Source of the DNA: Macrostomum lignano
Lineage: Eukaryota
Assembly (NCBI GenBank): GCA_002269645.1
Contig: NIVC01001857.1
Location: forward strand, 62,001 to 126,000
Direction of reading: 5' to 3'
DNA: 64,000 nucleotides
The position numbers and the translations under genes are program-made. The notes under the pieces were generated by a model. That model ran no database searches and was not told where the DNA came from. It worked only from the letters and a program-made list of their open reading frames with translations. Each line of letters begins with the position of its first letter. The stretch's first letter is position 1. Shown one piece after another: positions 1-11,300 of this stretch.

Positions 1-1425
1 CGATCTAGTCCCAACAGTGTCCCTTAACATCGGCTATGACTTCGAGATTGACAGCAAAAAGACACTAGTTGGCAGGTAAGTGCAAAGCCTCTTCTAGTCG
101 GAAGCCCGATTTCGAGAGTCCCGGTGTGGTGAGCCAGGACGTACGGGCTGGTGGCTAACCTGCGGATTAACTAATTTCTACCTTCAAAATTCTCCCTGCT
201 TGTCTCTCGCTGTCCCTCTCTTAGCTATAGGACCTAGACTGCTCGCCACACGATCAAGCTACCATGGGCTGATCATCTGACAGGAGTGGGGGGCCAGGAC
301 TCTAATTGATTTATTTCTGAGACCTGAGGCCCGAAGGCTTCCCCACAAGGGGGCCGAAAGGTCGAAACCCATCAAATACATTAATACATGTAAGCGAACC
401 GGAATGTGAAATTACTTGGTATGTAACTAGTGTTATGTAAGACGGTCTCTGACTGTTTTTATCCCGGCTGCCTTCTGGCGGCATTTCTCGGGTTGTGCGC
501 AATCCAATTGACCTGCCCTTCGTGTAGCTCAATATCTAAGTGTCCTCACCGGAGGTGATGTACACATCCAAAAAAAGATCCTCTATTTTTCTATTATTTC
601 GGCCCTGCCAATTGGTTTAGGGAGGGGAGGGTGTACCTGGAGTGATTATGACTCTGGACTGCAGTGCGGCTAGATCGGGACTGCAGGAAAGACGACCATT
701 CGCAAAAATATACGGTAGAGCCCAGTTGAATGCCAGCCCTGAGGCTGAGCCCCAGAATAAGGGTTCAGGTGCTCCTCTCTATTGTTTTTATTTCTTTGCG
801 CTTTTATAAGCTTTGTATTTTATCCCTGGCAATTCAGCCGCCCAATCTTTAAAGTTATGCAAGCTCTGCCCTTCTGGTCCATCATGCTCTCCCTTGGTCC
901 ATCTGCTGGCTCCTCTGGTTGTCTCCCTGCTTATTGTGTCTTGGCTCTCATCTCTGACAGTGGATTGGTGTCCTGGGGTTGATGTTCGTCCCGAATCGGG
1001 GAATACCGGCTGAGTCCGGTGTCCCTTGCTCCATGGTGCCCCTTCTCCCACCCCTTGGCTTGGGCTTATTTGAGCTGGGTATAGTGAAAAAGCCTTGGCT
1101 TGCAGCCCTATAGGGGGAGCTTCTCGTACCTTGCCGCCTCCTGATAGGAGACTCGCCCTTGGTAAATAAGCTGTCCAGACTCGTTCCAATCTTAAAGCTA
1201 TTTCCGTAGACTTCGAGTTTCCCGCTCTCGGACCGCTTTCCAGAAAAACTCAAAAAGTTTTTCGTTTCCAATCTTTTTGCACGCGCGCACTCGGGACTTG
1301 TCGTTGGGGCGTGGCTTGGGTGGACCATCTTTGCACCCGTCCCCCTGATTCCACTATGGGTTGGCGGTGTCTTTGTCCATGGACTTGGGGTTGTAGCGCC
1401 CAATAAGGTTATTCAGCGGAGCCAT
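1..1425 (-). mobile_element. possible decayed non-LTR retrotransposon (APE-endonuclease-like) relic
   Basis: One minus-strand frame from ATG 1425 contains 7 stops and includes ITLKIGRLNCQG*NTK (about 860-810), resembling the APE start motif LKIxTxNxxG. Further downstream, SLTCINVFDG resembles the APE LTIINVY strand. Similarity is weak and judged by eye. Confidence 0.25.
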
Positions 1426-4400
1426 GGAGTCCTAGCCCCAATCTGGGTCTCTCGGGCTTTATGCCCCTGGCAGTATAGCCCCCAATATATCCAGCGGCAG
1501 AGCCCTTCCCTAAGCTGATCTGCGGGTTGCCCACGCTTCCCGTGTGAAAATAATCGGTCAAATTAACTGATTCACAGGATTGGCATTGCACGCTCCTATT
1601 AGAACAGGCGTAGAGCTTTAGAACAGCAACATATATAACGGGCAGTGACGGGGCAGACAACCGGCCCGAAACTAAAACCGATCGCATGTTATCTACGTAC
1701 GAATTCGTACGTTTGGGCCTACAGCGCGTTGCTGCGCGTAAAAAAATAATAAAAGCATCAACATCAGTAACCAGCCGTGAGCGAATGGTGCAGAAGGTTC
1801 CACCATTACTCTTTTTTAGGCAAGATATAAAATTATATGATGACCAACGTGAGCTTTTTTCTACAGATGGATTTCACGTTTTATATGTACTACTACATGT
1901 ACTAAAATAATCCTAAATAACCGAATGCAATGCATTAAAGAAAATTTCCCTAATTATGACTCTTTCGAAATATTATACTAAGAGTTGTGCGTGAAAATGT
2001 TTGAGGTGCTATATCCTTAGAAGTAGAACTAGTCCACGAAGTGTTATTTCACCTCATTTCATAGAAAGAATTCACGAACAAGAAATTTCGACTCCGTTAG
2101 CAAGCACGAGGTCTTGAAAGTGTTGTTGTTGTGCTTGAGTACTACTTTTGTTGCTTGTATTGTAGGTAGGGTCTATGCATAGCATTGTCGTGCTCTTTAT
2201 TCATTGAATCAGAATATATTAGGTTTAACGCAAATATAAAATACTACAAAAGAATTTTCAAAGTCAAACGAATGATAAAAAATGGGTGATCTTTTACTTT
2301 TGCACAATCGCTCGTTCAATTATTTTCTTAGGCCTAGTAATTTGCTGTTTATTCAAATGTGCGCAGTATGGCGTAGATTGAAAGATTTGTTTGTGATTGA
2401 TTCATAACTATAAACATGTTTTATTAGGGCCTATGGTTATATAGCTATTTAAATAGTAGGCAATATATTTTAGGCATTATTTTTTATACTTAATGACTAA
2501 TTAATGGCATTACATTATTTTACTTTAAAAGTAAAGAGTGCCACCTATTCTTTTAAAAGTCTACTTTTCTCTTTGGTTTGGTAAAAGCATATTAACCATT
2601 TTAGGAAAATTCTTGACCACTTTTGTCTTTAACAAAGCCCAAAGGATTTGTTTATTTCTATTCATATATTTGGCAAAATAAGCCTAAAAATAAAATGGTA
2701 TGTAATGTTTCTAAACTATAGTGGCCATTACTGAACTAATTACTAAAGTAGCTATACCTATTATAGCTTTAATTAGCTTATGCAAGGAGAGGTAACTTTA
2801 ATTTCTCTCAACTTTTAGGCCGATTGGCTGTTTCTAGCTCCTAGGATATAGAGAAGGTGTTGGACCAAGACCACTACACATTAAGACTACCACACTTGAC
2901 GAGCTAGGAAGGAATTTGGCTCAATGTGTTATTAGATGGTGCTAAAAAGAGATCAGTAGGTAGGAGAGCCAGTAGGACAAGGCTGCAAGAGAAGAACCTA
3001 GGCCTATGAGAAGAATAGCAATTCTAAAAGATTGGTAGCTCCGCCTCAATAGCTGTGGCAGTCCTGGTGTGTGGTGGTCTTAGTCATTGCACTATAGAGA
3101 AGACCATTGTCATTTTCATATGTCTTAAGTTTAAACTATAATTTTAGTTATAACTAACTATAATATAACTGCCAATAATAATATATACTAGTTACTATTC
3201 AAAAGCTAGGCTTAGGCCCCTATCTAAACTTGATAAATGTCAAACTTGGCAAATGACATAAAGAGATTAAGATTAGGCCCTAAACTAAAGGAATTGATAA
3301 AAGAGCTTCTATTCCTGTAGATATACTTTACTTTAATCCTTCCCTCTTGACATTTCCTCTAAGATAATAAGAAATATTAAAATAGGTTTGCTTTATAGCT
3401 ATATAAGTATAGGCTAGCCTAAGTCTATAAATAAGGTTAAATAAGATCTTGATCTTAATTATTAAGATCTTTGTACTTTCTTAATCTTATCTCACTTTCC
3501 AGATCTCAAAAAGTCCAGATTTATGACTATCTAACTTTTGGTAACTAACAATATTACTTATTTATATTTGATATATATCAAGTTATTAACAACCTCAATA
3601 TTATATAATAATTGTTTTTTTCCTATTATCATCATTGTATATATTTAACAAAGAACAATATTAATGTTGATAGATATCATAGTATAAATAGGCCTATTAG
3701 ATGCTATTTAGGCTTAATCTTAAATCTCAAAAAATCTCAATTATATTAAAAGTATAGTTCTTGAGTTTAAAAAATCTAAAAAATATGATATCATCTAACC
3801 CCTGACTTAGCTGCAGTACATGGCAGTCTGAAGATGTAGCAGAGAGATAGGAGTCACCCATTCCACTAAACATCATCATCTAACCCTTAGCTTATATGCA
3901 ATTGTGAATAATAATCTCCCAATTCAAATTAAAATATATTTCAAAATATTATAATTAAATCCCTTTAGCCATTAAGCCTAATTTTTACTTAAGCCTATTG
4001 TGGCCGAAACATATTAGAATAAATAATCCTAATATACTAAAAATGAGTTGTCTGTGTGTATGTGTGAGATAGATTAATATTCACTATTGATAAGCAATGT
4101 ATTAAACTTTAATATTTGTTAAAAATTATATAACTTAGAAATAAAAAAAATTTCTAAGAAATTTTCTATAAAGTATGCAAGGCTACTTTAAAAGTGGTGT
4201 GCATAATCAAGTGGAAAATATATTAATAAAACCAAAGATTTGGCTTAGAGCTAATAAAATTTATATAAAAGTATTATACTAAAGGTCATTCAAAGACTAT
4301 AATGTATAGGCTATAAATGCTATAGTGTAAAAACTCAAATGCACATTTTATAACTCTTGCTGTAACTTTTTGGGGTGTCATCCTAATATTTTCTTTATAA

Positions 4401-4770
4401 GTAGATAACAAGTATATATTTTTATGCACATAGATTTCATTATAGAAATAATAACTTTTATAGCTATGCTACATAGTTTATTTAAACCTAGACCTGGTTT
4501 CCTATTTTTTAAAAGTGCCCCAGATTATTGAATTTACATGTTTTATGTGACTTGTTTATGCACTTATTAGTACACACAAAGAAAGTATGCCTACACTAAG
4601 AAAGTACATCTGCACTAAAAGTATGTCTGTTCTAAGTAAGTACACTTGCACTAAGAAAGTAAACTTGCACTAAGAAAGTACACATGCACTAAGCAAGTAT
4701 GCCTGCACCAATGCATTTTGCAGGACAGTTCGCGTCATCCAGCGCCGTCTGGCGCCCGACGTCTCGCCAG

Positions 4771-5040
4771 CCCCATTTCTAACCTAATCCCATCCCCATT
4801 TCTAACCTAATCCCATCCCCATTTCTAACCTAATCCCATCCCCATTCTCACCCTAATCCCATCCCCATTCTCATCCCTAATCCCATCCCCATTCTCACCC
4901 TAATCCCATCCCCATTCTCATCCCTAATCCCATCCCCATTCTCACCCTAATCCCATCCCCATTCTCATCCCTAATCCCATCCCAATTCCCACCCTAATCG
5001 CATCTTTTATTCTCATCTCTAATCCCATCCCCATCCCATC
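4771..5040. repeat. 23-bp minisatellite (CCCATCCCCATTCTCACCCTAAT)
   Basis: About 10 directly visible tandem copies, just upstream of the 5228 ORF. Confidence 0.9.
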
Positions 5041-5227
5041 TTTACTCCCTCCTCAATCCTATCCTCGTTCCTCTTCCAAATCCCATCTTCATTCCCACTC
5101 CTAATCCCCAATCAGATTCCTCAGCAAAACCCGAATCCCGCATCTTTAATCCTCAGATTTTCAGCCTCCCAACGCCGGCGCAGCTTCTCAAACAGCCTCT
5201 CCATCCCCCGCAAGAAAACGCAGCGCT

Positions 5228-5809
5228 ATGCCAGGCAACTCATCGCGTCACGGCAAGTCCCGGCATCACCACCGCCACCATCGCGAGCATCGAGACAGCT
5301 CGAAGCGGCATCGACGCGATCGATCACCGTCGCATTCGTCCTCAGATGGCAGCGACGCTAAAGACAGGAACGGCGGCAGCAGAAGCTCCGACATTCATCT
5401 GTCTCGCATCGGCAACGAACAAGATCGGGAGCGTCGAGTGGCCGAAATCGAAGCCGACGACGGGTTCCGTCCGGCCGCGTTCGTCTCGTCCCGTTCCCGA
5501 GGCGGCGGCGGCACCAGCAGCGGCGGCGGCGGCGCCAGCAGCGGCGGCTACGCCAAGATGATGAACGAGCGGGGACACGATAGCGCCATTTTTGGCCGAG
5601 GCGAGGAGGCCGGGATGGCGGCCGCAGCAGCCGCGATGGCCGAGGCCGAGGAGGCCGAAGAGGCGGCAACGGCGACGGCTGGGGAGACGACCGAAGCTGT
5701 CAGAGTCCGGGAGATTCTGCATCCGTTGCTGACTAAAGATCTGGATAAGGCTTGGGAAGAGTACAGGACTGGCCTGTTGGCCCAGCTGCGGCTGCGAAGG
5801 TCGCAATGA
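5228..5809 (+). CDS. RSRC1: RSRC1/SRrp53-like serine/arginine-rich protein (193 aa, single exon)
   Basis: The ORF is GC/CpG-rich with an R/H/S-rich N-terminus. It then reads RERRVAEIEADDGFRPAAFVSS...HDSAIFG...ILHPLLTKDLDKAWEEY, paralleling the RSRC1 C-terminal region (EIEAIESDSFVQQTFRSS...LAHPNLF...EEKW). Recognised from memory, not from a search. Confidence 0.6.
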   Translation: MPGNSSRHGKSRHHHRHHREHRDSSKRHRRDRSPSHSSSDGSDAKDRNGGSRSSDIHLSRIGNEQDRERRVAEIEADDGFRPAAFVSSRSRGGGGTSSGGGGASSGGYAKMMNERGHDSAIFGRGEEAGMAAAAAAMAEAEEAEEAATATAGETTEAVRVREILHPLLTKDLDKAWEEYRTGLLAQLRLRRSQ

Positions 5810-5821
5810 TAGACAAAGTTT

Positions 5822-7010
5822 GTATTGTGTCCGCCTTCTGTGTTTTGTGTCCGTCTTCTCACTGTGTCTTGTGTCCGCCTTCTCACTGTGTCTTGTTTCC
5901 GTCTTCTCACTGTGTTTTGTGTCCGTCTTCTCACTGTGTCTTGTGTCCGTCTTCTCACTGTGTCTTGTGTCCGCCTTCTCACTGTGTCTTGTTTCCGTCT
6001 TCTCACTGTGTTTGTGTCCGTCTTCTCACTGTGTCTTGTGTCCGTCTTCTCACTGTGTCTTGTGTCCGTCTTCTCACTGTGTCTTGTGTTCGTCTTCTCA
6101 CTGTGTCTTGTGTCCGCTTTCTCACTGTGTCTTGTGTCCGTCTTCTCACTGTGTCTTGTGTCCGCCTTCTCACTGTGTCTTGTTTCCGTCTTCTCACTGT
6201 GTCTTGTGTCCGTCTTCTCACTGTGTCTTGTGTTCGTCTTCTCACTGTGTCTTGTGTCCGTCTTCTCACTGTGTCTTGTGTCCATCTTCTCACTGTGTCT
6301 TGTGTCCGTCTTCTCACTGTGTCTTGTGTCCGCCTTCTCACTGTGTCTTGTTTCCGTCTTCTCACTGTGTTTTGTGTCCGTCTTCTCACTGTGTCTTGTG
6401 TCCGTCTTCTCACTGTGTCTTGTGTCCGTCTTCTCACTGTGTCTTGTGTTCGTCTTCTCACTGTGTCTTGTGTCCGCTTTCTCACTGTGTCTTGTGTCCG
6501 TCTTCTCACTGTGTCTTGTGTCCGCCTTCTCACTGTGTCTTGTTTCCGTCTTCTCACTGTGTCTTGTGTCCATCTTCTCACTGTGTCTTGTGTTCGTCTT
6601 CTCACTGTGTCTTGTGTCCGTCTTCTCACTGTGTCTTGTGTCCATCTTCTCACTGTGTCTTGTGTCCGTCTTCTCACTGTGTCTTGTGTTCGTCTTCTCA
6701 CTGTGTCTTGTGTCCGTCTTCTCACTGTGTCTTGTGTCCATCTTCTCACTGTGTCTTGTGTCCGCCTTCTCACTGTGTCTTGTGTCCATCTTCTCACTGT
6801 TTCTTGTGTCCGTCTTCTCACTGTGTCTTGTGTCCGCTTTCTCACTGTGTCTTGTGTCCGTCTTCTCACTGTGTCTTGTGTCCGCTTTCTCACTGTGTCT
6901 TGTGTCCGTCTTCTCACTGTGTCTTGTGTCCGCTTTTTCACTGTGTCTTTCGTCCACCTTCTGTATCTTGTCTCCGTCTTCTGTGTCTTGTGTCTCTTTT
7001 ACTGTGTCTT
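5822..7010. repeat. 24-bp minisatellite (TCTTCTCACTGTGTCTTGTGTCCG), about 48 copies
   Basis: Directly visible and starts about 12 bp after the RSRC1-like stop. It produces the spurious 300-500 aa ORFs in the track. Confidence 0.95.
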
Positions 7011-7656
7011 GTGTTTGCTTTCTCGAGTGTTTTTTATGTTTTCTCAAATACTGTGTCCTTATATGCATTCATGCTAATGCGTGGCATTTTCCTTTATATT
7101 AAGGCATGCTTATCCAAATATATTAGTGTTAAAAAGACAGAATAATGTAAATTTAAATAGCAGGTGCTAAACCAGGAGCCTGCAGCGGTTAAAATAAGTT
7201 AATTTGTCCGTAATTTGTTTTTTTAATTATTATTTTCTTCTGTTGCTAAAAATAAACTACAGAATGTGCGATTATAACAGTAGAAGTTGAGCTCAAGTTG
7301 CCTATAAAAGTAAAAAAGCTTGCATTGCATTAACTATTCTCAATTCTAAATTAATTATTTAAACAGATCCGAGGACCAACTGACTGACCAACTGCTTAAC
7401 TAGACTAAAATCCTGTGCGTACGGCCGGCTTGAGTAGCCACCGCCCTAACTCTCCGTTAGATACAGTTAAGTCTTGAGTTTTGACCATCGTCATCAGTGT
7501 AACACAGCTCTTAGGTAGGCCAAGGAGGCCCTGAGAGCTAGAACTTGGACTGGAAAATTCCACTCATTTATATAACTTCCTTCAAAAAGAGATTTGGTTT
7601 GTTATAATCGGTTCAAGCCAACTCAAAGTTATGATAAATTTACTAAAACCGGCGAG

Positions 7657-7960
7657 AGGCATTGCTGCCCATTCCGCCGACCCCCCCTGAGCAGGCACAC
7701 AAGCGCGCGGATACGTACGCTGTCATATGCACAGGCACAAACACACAGGAGTGTACAGGGGCCCTAACTTTATTTATCGTTAGGCATGTACACTTCACTG
7801 TGCCTTAGGGGGTTGGCCATCACGGGCGTTCGTAATTACACGAGCAGAGCCAAGCCGAGATTCCAATTTATCCCCAAACTAATGTTGACTGCACTTGGAA
7901 TCGAGCCTGGGCCGCTGGCACACCAGAGCGCCGCGCTGGACCACTGAGGCTACGGACCCC
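7657..7960 (-). mobile_element. tRNA-derived SINE, family A (full length)
   Basis: The reverse complement begins GGGGTCCGTAGCCTCAGTGG (A box)...GGCTCGATTCC (B box). The body and tail match the + strand copy at 24420-24620. Confidence 0.75.
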
Positions 7961-8313
7961 CTGCGGTCAGCCTTACAGTCGTAAAAAATCGGGTGGGGTT
8001 TTGGAAACCAACTGCAAATCCGAGTTCCGCTTCTTGGTCTCCTTGGCTACGCTCAATACGCTTTAGAGGGGGGGGGGGGTAGGGAGAGGGCGGATGTGTC
8101 CACACCACGCCTTTTTTCTAATCCTATCCTTTGTCCGTCTGGCTATCACAGATCGACGGTTGCCGGAGAATGTGGAGAGAGAGACGCTAGAGCTAATGTA
8201 CATTCCGCGAGCCATCTATAAAACCCGCCTCCAGTGTTATTAGGCTGGATATAAATTAACTGCATCTTACCTGTAGACGTCTCTGAGTCAAGACGTTTTT
8301 GAACTCTTCAACG

Positions 8314-11300
8314 ATGCTCAACGACGAATCAGCTGTCGTCGATTTGATGGACGCCGCCGAAGTTGACGACGCTGTCGGCGATTTGTTGCGTCGCTTCCCG
8401 GCAATGTGCACCGCCGATGGCCGCTTGTCAAGGGATCAGCTGCGCGACGCTTTAGAAGCCATGGGCGTCAAAGTCACTGGATTTCAACTGCGCGACCTGC
8501 TGGCTGATGTCGGTGATAGTGGCGCCGAGGCCTTCGACCGGGACTCCCTGTTGAAGCTGTATCGTCGGGCCAGGCCGAGACACCGGAGCGACCAGCTTCT
8601 GCTGAGGGACTCCAGGCTGGGCCTGCAAAGACGGGAGACCAAGCAGCGGGTTGAGGTCAGTTTAGTGCAGATAGGTCATCTGAGGTCAACATAGGGGGGT
8701 TGATTTTCAGATTCGATTCGAGCTTGTCTAACTAATGATCATTCTGGTTTGAGTAATCAATCCAATCTGGAGTCACTCCAGAGATGAGTCGGTGGGTCAA
8801 TTCAGTAATCAGTTGCTTCAATGTTTACTCAATGCTTCGCTCCAATAGTGAGTCAATGGGTCACTCCAGTGATGATTAAATGTGTCAATCTAGAGGATTT
8901 ACTCCAGTGATGAGTCGGTGGGTCACTCCAGAGATGAGTCACTCCAGGGATAAGTCACTCTAGAGACGGGTCGCTCCAGAGGTGGGTCACTCCAGAGATG
9001 AGTCAAATCAGAGATGAGTCACTCCAGAGACGGGTCACTCCAGAGATGGGTCAATCCAGTGATGAGTCGGTGGGTCACTCCAGAAATGAGCCACTCCAGA
9101 GATAAGTCACTCCAGTGATTGCTCACTCCAGAGATAAGTCACTCCAGTGATGAGCCACTCCAGAGATAATTCACTCCAGTGATGGGTCACTCCAGAGATA
9201 AGTCACTCCAGAGATAAGTCACTCCAGAGATAAGTCACTCCAGAGATGAGTCACTCCAGAGATGGTTCACTTCAGTGATGAGTCGGTGGGTCACTCCAGA
9301 GATGAGTCACTCCATTGATGGGTCACTCCAATGATAAGTCAGTGGGTCACTCCAATGATAAGTCAGTGGGTCACTCCAATGATAAGTCAGTGGGTCACTC
9401 CAATGATAAGTCAGTGGGTCACTCCAATGATAAGTCAGTGGGTCACTCCAATGATAAGTCAGTGGGTCACTCCAATGATACGAGTAAGTCAGTGGGTCAC
9501 TCCAGTTATGAGTCAATGGGCCAATTCAAAGGAGCTAGTTCGATATAAGTCAGTTCCGACATCCGTTCTTATGCCAAAGTTCTCTGGTCGTCAATTAAAA
9601 AATGCAGACTAGTGAGAAGTACGTGTAGCACTGAGCGAACATAATGTATTCTTTGATTTCTCATTGGGTGTTTTGAGAGAGCGCGGTGTCAGAATAGAAG
9701 GAATTTGATGAACTTAAGATTGAAACCAGCACTACATGTATCACGTTACTCGCGCTTCAATTAGACCTGTTGCTAAAGAAGAGAACGTGAGAAAGTTTTG
9801 GTAAATTATCAAAGCAGTCAGTGTGTATGCAGCTGTTTGCTAGCGATGCTCAGTGCGTAAGTGCGCGTTAATGTTCGAATCGCCGCTGTTGCAAAATAAA
9901 AAAGGCATTCAAAAAATCTTAATATCTATTTCACCGAAAACACATACGAGTCGGGGCTAGCAATTCACCGCACAGTCTAGCAATCCACCGCACAGTCTAG
10001 CAATCCACCGCACAGTCTAGCAATCCACCGCACAGTCTAGCAATCCACCGCACAGTCTAGCAATCCACCGCACAGTCTAGCAATCCACCGCACAGACTAG
10101 CAATCCACCGCACAGACTAGCAATCCACCGCACAGACTAGCAATCCACCGCACAGTCTAGCAATCCACCGCACAGTCTAGCAATCCACCGCACAGACTAG
10201 CAATCCACCGCACAGACTAGCAATCCACCGCACAGACTAGCAATCCACCGCACAGACTAGCAATCCACCGCATCCATCCCAACCTGTTCAGAAGATCTCG
10301 GGCACCGGAAATGAGTGGACAGTTCACACCGTTGGCGAGTCGGAGTGCCGAGCGTTCGCAGGCTGGATCAACAGGATGCTTGAAGGCGACACCGACCTTC
10401 GCCACCTTCTGCCTCTGGGCGAAGCCGACCTATTCGACAAGCTGTCGGACGGTCTGGTCCTCTGCAAGCTGGTCAATTGCGCGGTGCCCAACACGGTCCA
10501 CGAGCGAGCCATCAACAAGGCCGAGTTGGTCGGTGGCTCCGGCGGCGCCGCCGCAGGCTACCGCCGACACGAGAACCTGGTGCTGGCCATCAACTCCGCC
10601 GAGTCAATCGGCTGCTGCGTGGTGAACATCGGAGCGAAGGACATCAGCGAGCGGAGGCAGCACATCGTGCTGGGACTGCTATGGCAGATTATTAGAATCG
10701 GCCTGGTCAAGGATATCACTTTGGCTCAGCATAGGGAGCTGGTAATTAATACCTGTCTGCACTGTGACTAGCAATCAGAATCTCAGACTAGCAATCCACA
10801 TCACAGACTAGCAATCCACATCACAGACTAGCAATCCACATCACAGACTAGCAATCCACATCACAGACTAGCTATCCATACCACAGACTAGCAATCCACA
10901 TCACAGACTAGCACTCCACCACATAGACTAGCAATCCATAACACAGACTAGCAATCCACCACGCATACTTGCAATCCATCGCACAGACTAGCAATCCACC
11001 TCACTGACTAGATATATAAGATGTCTAACTGACCCTTGCGTGAAATTAAAACCTTGTCCAAGCGATGCTACTGAAAGTAGATGAAAAGCGCATGTTGCGA
11101 GTCATAGACAGAATTTCCAGCATGCATCTCCTATCTGACAAAAAGGCGGCGCTACTGCTGCCTGGCGAGACTGTCGAGGAGCTGCGCCAGCTCAGCCCGG
11201 AGGACCTCCTGCTGCGCTGGGTCAATCACCAGCTGGACCGGGCCGGCTGCGCTAAGAGGTTGCGCAACTTCCGCGAGGATATCGAGGACTGCGAGGCGTA

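Noticed and set aside
1693-1710. Perfect 18-bp palindrome ACGTACGAATTCGTACGT as a Helitron 3' hairpin
   Set aside because: There is no CTRR terminus at the expected distance and no other Helitron features.
5548-7145. 300-500 aa ORFs (RHSEKTDT, CVRLLTVS repeats)
   Set aside because: They are readouts of the 24-bp array on both strands.
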